From the IMG/VR virus record IMGVR_UViG_2667527965_000002: DNA of 40,499 bases; one strand, written 5' to 3'. The notes beneath the pieces were generated by a model that did not search any database, was not told where the DNA came from, and saw only the letters and a list, made by a program, of their open reading frames with translations. Position numbers and translations under genes: made by a program. The stretch is from a virus. Its lineage: Duplodnaviria > Heunggongvirae > Uroviricota > Caudoviricetes. Shown here piece after piece: positions 37,379-40,499 of this stretch (position 1 is the stretch's first letter; each line of letters begins with the position of its first letter).

Positions 37379-38647
37379 ATGCTTTATAACACCGGCACCA
37401 TCGCCATTAATGGAAATACCGCCACCGGGACGGGCACAAACTGGACAGCTCCCGCCAGCCAGGTCCGCGCTGGCCAGACGATTATCGTGATGTCTAACCC
37501 GGTGCAGCTGTTTCAGATTTCATCCGTGAACAGCGCCACGTCAATGACGGTTACGCCAGCAGTTTCCCCGGCGCTGAGCGGCCAGAAGTATGGAATCCTT
37601 GTGTCGGACAATATCTCAGTCGACGGCCTGGCGCAGGCCATGTCACAGCTCATCAAAGAGTACGACGAGAATATTGGCGCGTGGGAGGCGTTCGCCAGCA
37701 CTACAGCCAACCAGATGATCACGGTCACCATCAACGGTGTAAGCATGAGCATCCCCTCCATTGGCAGCATGGCAAAAAAAGGGGTAAATAAAGACATCAC
37801 CAGTCTGGAAGGGCTGACCACAGCATTGTCTGTAAAGCAGGGCGGTACTGGCGGTACTACCCAGGCCAGCGCACGTGAAGGGCTTGGTTTGAAAAAAGGA
37901 TTTCCTGTATCCGAATATAATTCGACCAGTGAATCTGTGATTGATAACGTCGTGGCAAAAATGAGGGGATTCAGTCTTGCAACCCTACAGAACATATTGC
38001 CAATGACGGGTGAATTCTATGAAATTCCACAAAGTGCGCCCACATTATGGGTGGGAGCAAACGATACGTGGTTTCTCATGAGCGTGCATTATTTTGCCAG
38101 GGGCATCCGTGTAATGTCCGGATACGGCACTGCGGGGGTTTCAACAACCCGTCTGTTGCTGGACAATCTGACAACCACTGTTGATGCAAACGGGTTTATA
38201 AAAAAAGCCTCACCTGTTGTGCGACTTACCAATGATCACAGAGGCATGCCTGCTGGTTTTCTCGAAGATTTTTCACTTTCTGGCTGTGCCGCGACCAATA
38301 TGGAGGCGGAAGGCGTTACAGCGGAAAAAATTGCTACTGGCGTATATGAAATACGTGGCGCTGTCGGGCTACACGCTGACGGCTGGACTATTGAAATCCC
38401 ACAGGATTCAAATGGCAACCGCCTGTGTTTTGTGGAGACGCAATCCACTCAGGGCGGAACCATTATCGTGTCGGTTTTTAAACGTCGCTTTGACAGTGAA
38501 ACCGCTATGATCGTCGCAGGTGAGCCGATGGATATTCCCGCCGGGCGATGGATAGACCTGCGTCTCGAAATGCCAGAAAGTTCGGTGTTCAACCAGAAAC
38601 TGAAAGCCGCACAACAAGGTGGTGGTGCTGACAGTAGCCCGAGCTGA
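37379..38647 (+). CDS. Tail fibre protein
   Basis: 422 aa from ATG 37379 (GGAG SD); Gly/Thr/Asn-rich N-terminus typical of side tail fibres. Confidence 0.65.
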   Translation: MLYNTGTIAINGNTATGTGTNWTAPASQVRAGQTIIVMSNPVQLFQISSVNSATSMTVTPAVSPALSGQKYGILVSDNISVDGLAQAMSQLIKEYDENIGAWEAFASTTANQMITVTINGVSMSIPSIGSMAKKGVNKDITSLEGLTTALSVKQGGTGGTTQASAREGLGLKKGFPVSEYNSTSESVIDNVVAKMRGFSLATLQNILPMTGEFYEIPQSAPTLWVGANDTWFLMSVHYFARGIRVMSGYGTAGVSTTRLLLDNLTTTVDANGFIKKASPVVRLTNDHRGMPAGFLEDFSLSGCAATNMEAEGVTAEKIATGVYEIRGAVGLHADGWTIEIPQDSNGNRLCFVETQSTQGGTIIVSVFKRRFDSETAMIVAGEPMDIPAGRWIDLRLEMPESSVFNQKLKAAQQGGGADSSPS

Positions 38648-38715
38648 TGCGCGAATAATCCCTGTTCTGGTGATTGATAGTTTTAACCAGTATTGATCTG
38701 CCTTCAAATTAAAAC

Positions 38716-38735
38716 TACTGTATATATATACAGTA
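38716..38735. promoter_or_regulatory. Consensus LexA (SOS) box
   Basis: TACTGTATATATATACAGTA, perfect CTGT-N8-ACAG palindrome, 20 bp upstream of the umuD-like start. Confidence 0.8.
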
Positions 38736-38754
38736 AGTTACAAAGGAGGTAATT

Positions 38755-39083
38755 ATGCAACTACAACGCCTTATTTTTCCGGACGTTCCGGTATATATCC
38801 CTGTTTATGGGGATCTCATTTCGGCAGGCTTTCCCAGTCCTGCCGCTGACTATATCGAGAGCGGCATCGATCTGTGTCGCATCTTATTCTCCACCCCTCA
38901 TCGACATATACACTTCGCGTCGCCAGAGATTCAATGATCAATGCCGGCATCCTCGATGGTTCATACCTTCTCATTGATTTCAGCCTCCATCCCGAAGACG
39001 GTGATATTGTCGTCAGTAACATCGTGGGCGGGTCTGGTTTCTACAAAGATTCCCGCACAACGGGCGGGAATCGGGTAAGCTGA
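38755..39083 (+). pseudogene. umuD-like S24 peptidase gene, frameshifted and 3'-truncated
   Basis: Frame 1 encodes ...GFPSPAADYIESGIDL..., frame 0 continues ...HPSSTYTLRVARDSMINAGILDG...; frames switch around 38885-38892; ORF ends well before the expected C-terminus. Confidence 0.6.
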
Positions 39084-39102
39084 ACGGCATGAAATTGCCG
39101 GG

Positions 39103-39705
39103 CTAGTTTAAAAATGGATAAACTTTAAAAGAAGCCCATAAATCATTGTTAAGTGCCAACAAACCTACGGAGATATAGGATAATATCGCAAGTGCTCCTG
39201 TAAAATAAAGTATGGATTTCTTTATTTTTTTCCAAAGAATTAGGGCTGGAATTGAAGTTACGGCAATCACACCCATCTGATAACAAAATTGTCTGGCAAT
39301 GTCACCATCACTCCAAGGGTATATAAAAACATAAGGGGCGAAAAGTATTAAATGGACAAGTCTAAGTATAACCCCTATACATGCCCCAGGTATTGCAAAA
39401 AAGCCCCCCGCGCTTTGTAATAATAAGCTTGCCCTCATGCCGGGTATGAGAATAAAAAAATTAAGAATAGCCCAGAATATTAATATTATCGTGGCATAGC
39501 CAAAAAGAGTGCTTAACCCAGATTGACCGCCAACTGCTGTAAACTGTGGCGTCTGGTAAGACTGGCTCGGCTGACTAACTGATTTGCTGGCATCACATGC
39601 ACTTTGCCAGCTCTCTGCATTGTCTGCCTGCCATTTATGATCATACTGTGTAAAAGGCCTGTCACTGGTAACATACTTGCCTTCATCATCTTGCCTAACA
39701 CCCAT
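39103..39705 (-). CDS. AT-rich hypothetical polytopic membrane protein
   Basis: 200 aa; about 70-aa polar N-terminal region then about four hydrophobic helices; low GC. Confidence 0.55.
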   Translation of the reverse strand: MGVRQDDEGKYVTSDRPFTQYDHKWQADNAESWQSACDASKSVSQPSQSYQTPQFTAVGGQSGLSTLFGYATIILIFWAILNFFILIPGMRASLLLQSAGGFFAIPGACIGVILRLVHLILFAPYVFIYPWSDGDIARQFCYQMGVIAVTSIPALILWKKIKKSILYFTGALAILSYISVGLLALNNDLWASFKVYPFLN

Positions 39706-39902
39706 ATTTAAGCCCCACTATTTTTATTCATGCCGACATGTGTAGTTGTACGACTTATACTTAATGGAAGGTACGATCCCGTAGTCGTTACACTTGATAT
39801 GATAACGCAATATGACCTATACAGAAGAGAACAATTACAGCAACCACTTCCGGTAGGATGCGGTCTCTAGCATTCAACATAACTCTCTGGGGCTTTCAGG
39901 AT

Positions 39903-40142
39903 TTAACCCGCAGCCAGCCTCATATCGGCCTCTTCAAACATATCTTCCAACATGCGATTCAGTTTTTCCTGATCACTCTTGCTGGCATCGCTGTTTAAGC
40001 CGTTCGCCTGCATCGGCTTAACCTTCACTTCTGCATCCGGAAAGATCCGGTGCACTCGCTTTGTTAACTCATTCAGAATTATTTCTCTGGCACCTGTTAA
40101 TCCTTCAACATTCCGTTTGTCGTACACCAACTCAACGAACAT
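39903..40142 (-). CDS. DinI-like DNA-damage-inducible protein
   Basis: About 79 aa from ATG 40142 (GGAGG SD); sequence and acidic C-terminus resemble DinI family; LexA-like box upstream. Confidence 0.65.
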   Translation of the reverse strand: MFVELVYDKRNVEGLTGAREIILNELTKRVHRIFPDAEVKVKPMQANGLNSDASKSDQEKLNRMLEDMFEEADMRLAAG

Positions 40143-40180
40143 ACCGCCTCCAAAGCAACAATGATTTTGCACGCAATTTA

Positions 40181-40200
40181 TACTGTTTATTTATATAGCG
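40181..40200. promoter_or_regulatory. LexA-box-like palindrome upstream of the DinI-like gene
   Basis: TACTGTTTATTTATATAGCG: CTGT-N8-ATAG, one mismatch from the SOS box consensus. Confidence 0.5.
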
Positions 40201-40207
40201 TCAACGG

Positions 40208-40290
40208 TTGGGCACGTAGCTTTTTAAGGAAGGTTTTTGGGGCATGTATGGGGCATAAATGCCAGTTTTGGGGCATGGTTGGGACATTTT
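40208..40290. repeat. Cluster of direct repeats TTGGGGCAT (candidate integrase arm-type sites)
   Basis: GGGGCAT at 40240-40246, 40250-40256, 40270-40276; GGGACAT at 40281-40287; GGGCAC at 40210-40215; 110-190 bp inside the inferred junction. Confidence 0.4.
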
Positions 40291-40389
40291 AACTCATATG
40301 AACTTAACCGAATTTCATATGGAGGCGTCTTATAATGCACTGATTAACTTAAAGAAAACACATGCTCTTGGGCGTTCTTTAGTGATTTT

Positions 40390-40420
40390 AAAAATTACCG
40401 CGTCACGCAGTTAAAGTGGC
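40390..40420. other. Inferred prophage-host right junction (attR core region)
   Basis: Host-like DUF72 reading frame entering from the right edge diverges from the family pattern and stops here. Confidence 0.4.
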
Positions 40421-40499
40421 GGGCATACTCTTCAAGGCTGGTGATCCCCAACCGCACCCATTTAGGATGCGACCATTGCGGTAGACCGATGTAAATCAT
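40395..40499 (-). pseudogene. 5' fragment of a host DUF72/YecE-like gene truncated by prophage insertion
   Basis: Minus-strand ATG at window end encodes MIYIGLPQWSHPKWVRLGITSLEEYARHFNCV then TR-stop; matches the conserved N-terminal pattern of DUF72 proteins. Confidence 0.5.

Overview
This window is almost entirely one lambdoid (HK97-like head, lambda-like tail) prophage of an enterobacterial host, in prophage orientation from int at the left edge to a right junction near 40.4 kb. Order: integrase/excisionase (1-1609, minus strand); early-left operon with DnaQ-like exonuclease, HD hydrolase and RdgC (1650-5546, minus); an unusual ORF-poor, structure-rich region next to the repressor (5547-6545); cI-like repressor, Cro-like and CII-like genes with promoters and shared operator palindromes (6636-8412); iteron-containing O-like replication gene (8757-9665); nin-like region with PerC-like, an amber-interrupted MT-A70 methyltransferase, LexA-DBD-only protein, RusA, Rha/KilAC antirepressor and DUF968 (9668-13420); Q-like antiterminator, a terminator-flanked moron, and a lysis cassette of two holin-like proteins, GH19 endolysin and overlapping spanins (13435-16526); an antisense AT-rich moron (16780-17220); HNH endonuclease, candidate cos, terminase small and large subunits, portal, protease and major capsid (17587-23611); head-tail joining, major tail, G/T chaperone, tape measure, M, L, K, I, J and tail fiber (23650-38647); and a right-end cargo of SOS-box-controlled umuD-like pseudogene, AT-rich membrane protein and DinI-like gene (38716-40142). 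The last ~100 bp is the 5' end of a host DUF72/YecE-like gene truncated at the prophage junction, with direct GGGGCAT repeats just inside. No CRISPR array, rRNA or convincing tRNA was found. The best candidates for something undescribed are the repressor-proximal zinc-finger/antisense module, the moron in the Q-lysis position, and the antisense moron between lysis and packaging genes. All calls are from reading the sequence and the ORF track; no database search was run.
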